Shown piece by piece: positions 62,570 to 64,000 of a DNA stretch of 64,000 nucleotides. The DNA is from Azolla caroliniana. Lineage: Eukaryota; Plantae; Polypodiophyta. The stretch covers positions 11,656,001-11,720,000 of the forward strand of contig JBHGNT010000009.1 in the NCBI GenBank assembly GCA_043228905.1, written 5' to 3'. Position 1 is the stretch's first letter; each line of letters starts with the position of its first letter. The translations under genes were made by a program, and so were the position numbers. The notes beneath the pieces are model-generated. The model ran no database searches. It was not told the DNA's origin and was given only the letters and a program-made list of their open reading frames with translations.

Positions 62570-64000
62570 ATCTTCTTGACCGAACGTTCTGAGTCGACGT
62601 TCGACCTATCGTGGTTGTCAGTTGTCGGTAGATCAACAACCACGTGGATGGGCTTGGATCAAGCTACCAATCGCTCTTATACCATGTAAAGAAACGGATA
62701 TGATTTTGTGCAACAGAATTGTCAAAGTTAATATGTGGAAGCTTTGACAAACCGGTTTACCCAGATAGCAACAAAAAATATGCATAGGTTTAATGGAAGC
62801 TTGAATCACACAGACTAAGGGCGGGAAAGATAGAGAGAGCAGAACAACATAAACTCAATTAAAAAATAGCACCCTGTATATACAAATGTCCCATAGAACA
62901 CTTTTTATACAAGTACTTAAAAGGACTGACAAAAGTACTGACATGTACTTCAATGCTCATACGAGCAACTGGCACTAACTCCAAGGAATATGCCTACATA
63001 CTAGGCTCGGACTGTAGGCTCCAACGGTCTACTGGTTCTCACTATTCCGAAGTATGATCTGGTTCTCCGGTCCGGCTCTAGGTTCTAGATACTGATATAA
63101 TCGGACACTGATCCGGGTACCTATCCGGTTCTCCGTTCTGGATACCGATCCAAATCTGGCTTATTCAGCTGATCCGGATCCGGTTGAGCTTGCCAGCTCA
63201 ACACTCCCCCTCAAGCTCAACTTGAGGTCGGATCACTGTGTGAGTGTCTATCGAACCTTGCAATCGGCTTCTTCTGGCGTCTTCTTGCCTTGTTCACGCT
63301 CCTAGACCTATCTGGTTTCACTTCCCACAACTTGTCTGGTTCCGCGCCTCTCGACCTTCTCGGTCAGCTTGTTTGCTCAACAGGCCCATCTTAGCTCCTT
63401 CGCTATTGCGACTTCAGCGATTCTTGACCCGTCGGTTCCTCCATGTCGGTGTCGACTTTCGCTACCTCCTCGTCCGTTTGGCCTTCAGTTGATCTGGTTC
63501 CTCTGGATCAAACACCTCTTCCGAATCGGGTGCCTCTGATTCATTCCAACTCTTGTCTGAATTGGTTGTCTCCATTTCTTCTTCAACCTCCAGGCCCTTC
63601 ACCACGTCAGACCATGTCTGGGTCTTGGCGTTCTCGTTCCGGTCAGTTCTGTCCTTCTTAACTCTGCCTCCGTCGCCGCTTGTTACGACTTGTTTGGATG
63701 TGCCGACTTCTTCAGCGGACTCGGCTCCGTTTTTCTTCTTGTCTCCCCCTGCTTCGTTTGTTTCCTTCTCTCTCACTGCTTGTTCGGTGCCATTTCATGC
63801 TTTCCCGATTTCCGTTCTAGTTCCGGTTTTCCCTGTATTAGTACTGGTTCTCCCCCTCAAGTGCGGCATGTTGAGATGCTGAAGACCAAGCATCTCCGAA
63901 AAATGATGCAACTTGTCGGTTCCAAGGGCCTTGGTGAAGATGTCGGCAACCTACCGATCCATTCAAACATACCGGAGTTTAACTTCACCGCTCAAGCCTC
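62570..64000 (-). mobile_element. Copia H (G-like): RNase H end, tail, PPT, LTR (63203-62685), then a PBS and a short 5' leader
   Basis: Minus strand reads VADIFTKALG...QHAALEG, GAGGGGGAG|TGTTGAGCTGGCAAGCTCAACC...TTTACA|TGGTATAAGAGC. The element runs off the window end. Confidence 0.88.

Overview
Eukaryotic plant genomic DNA. The fungal-type chromovirus and the gene style suggest a non-seed plant such as a fern (inference). Three host genes are supported: a two-exon membrane-anchored SPRY-domain gene (1857-3663, +), a two-exon sarcosine/pipecolate oxidase (46789-48660, +), and a four-exon conserved unknown gene (52845-49537, -) that is mostly invisible in the ORF track. About 40 kb between the first two genes (about 6.0-46.4 kb) is a nest of LTR retrotransposons. 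It holds several degenerate Ty1/copia copies of one family (labelled A, B, C, F, G), a full-length degenerate Tcn1/Tf1-type chromovirus, solo LTRs with target-site duplications (TSDs), a Tnt1/Tork-like remnant (E), and one fully intact young copia (D, 33678-38999). The right end has a non-autonomous Mutator-like element carrying a Ulp1-protease fragment, tRNA-like repeats, a 158-bp tandem array and another copy of the A/C family (H). The most unusual signals are: (i) a conserved inverted repeat enclosing the polypurine tract (PPT)/LTR junction, plus a conserved in-frame Pol tail after RNase H, in the A/C/F/G/H copia family; (ii) a tRNA-independent self-priming site and a candidate -1 frameshift signal in the chromovirus; (iii) strong CCGG enrichment in the intact copia; (iv) a tandem array built from RNase H coding sequence. 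All alignments and counts were done by eye; no database searches were run.
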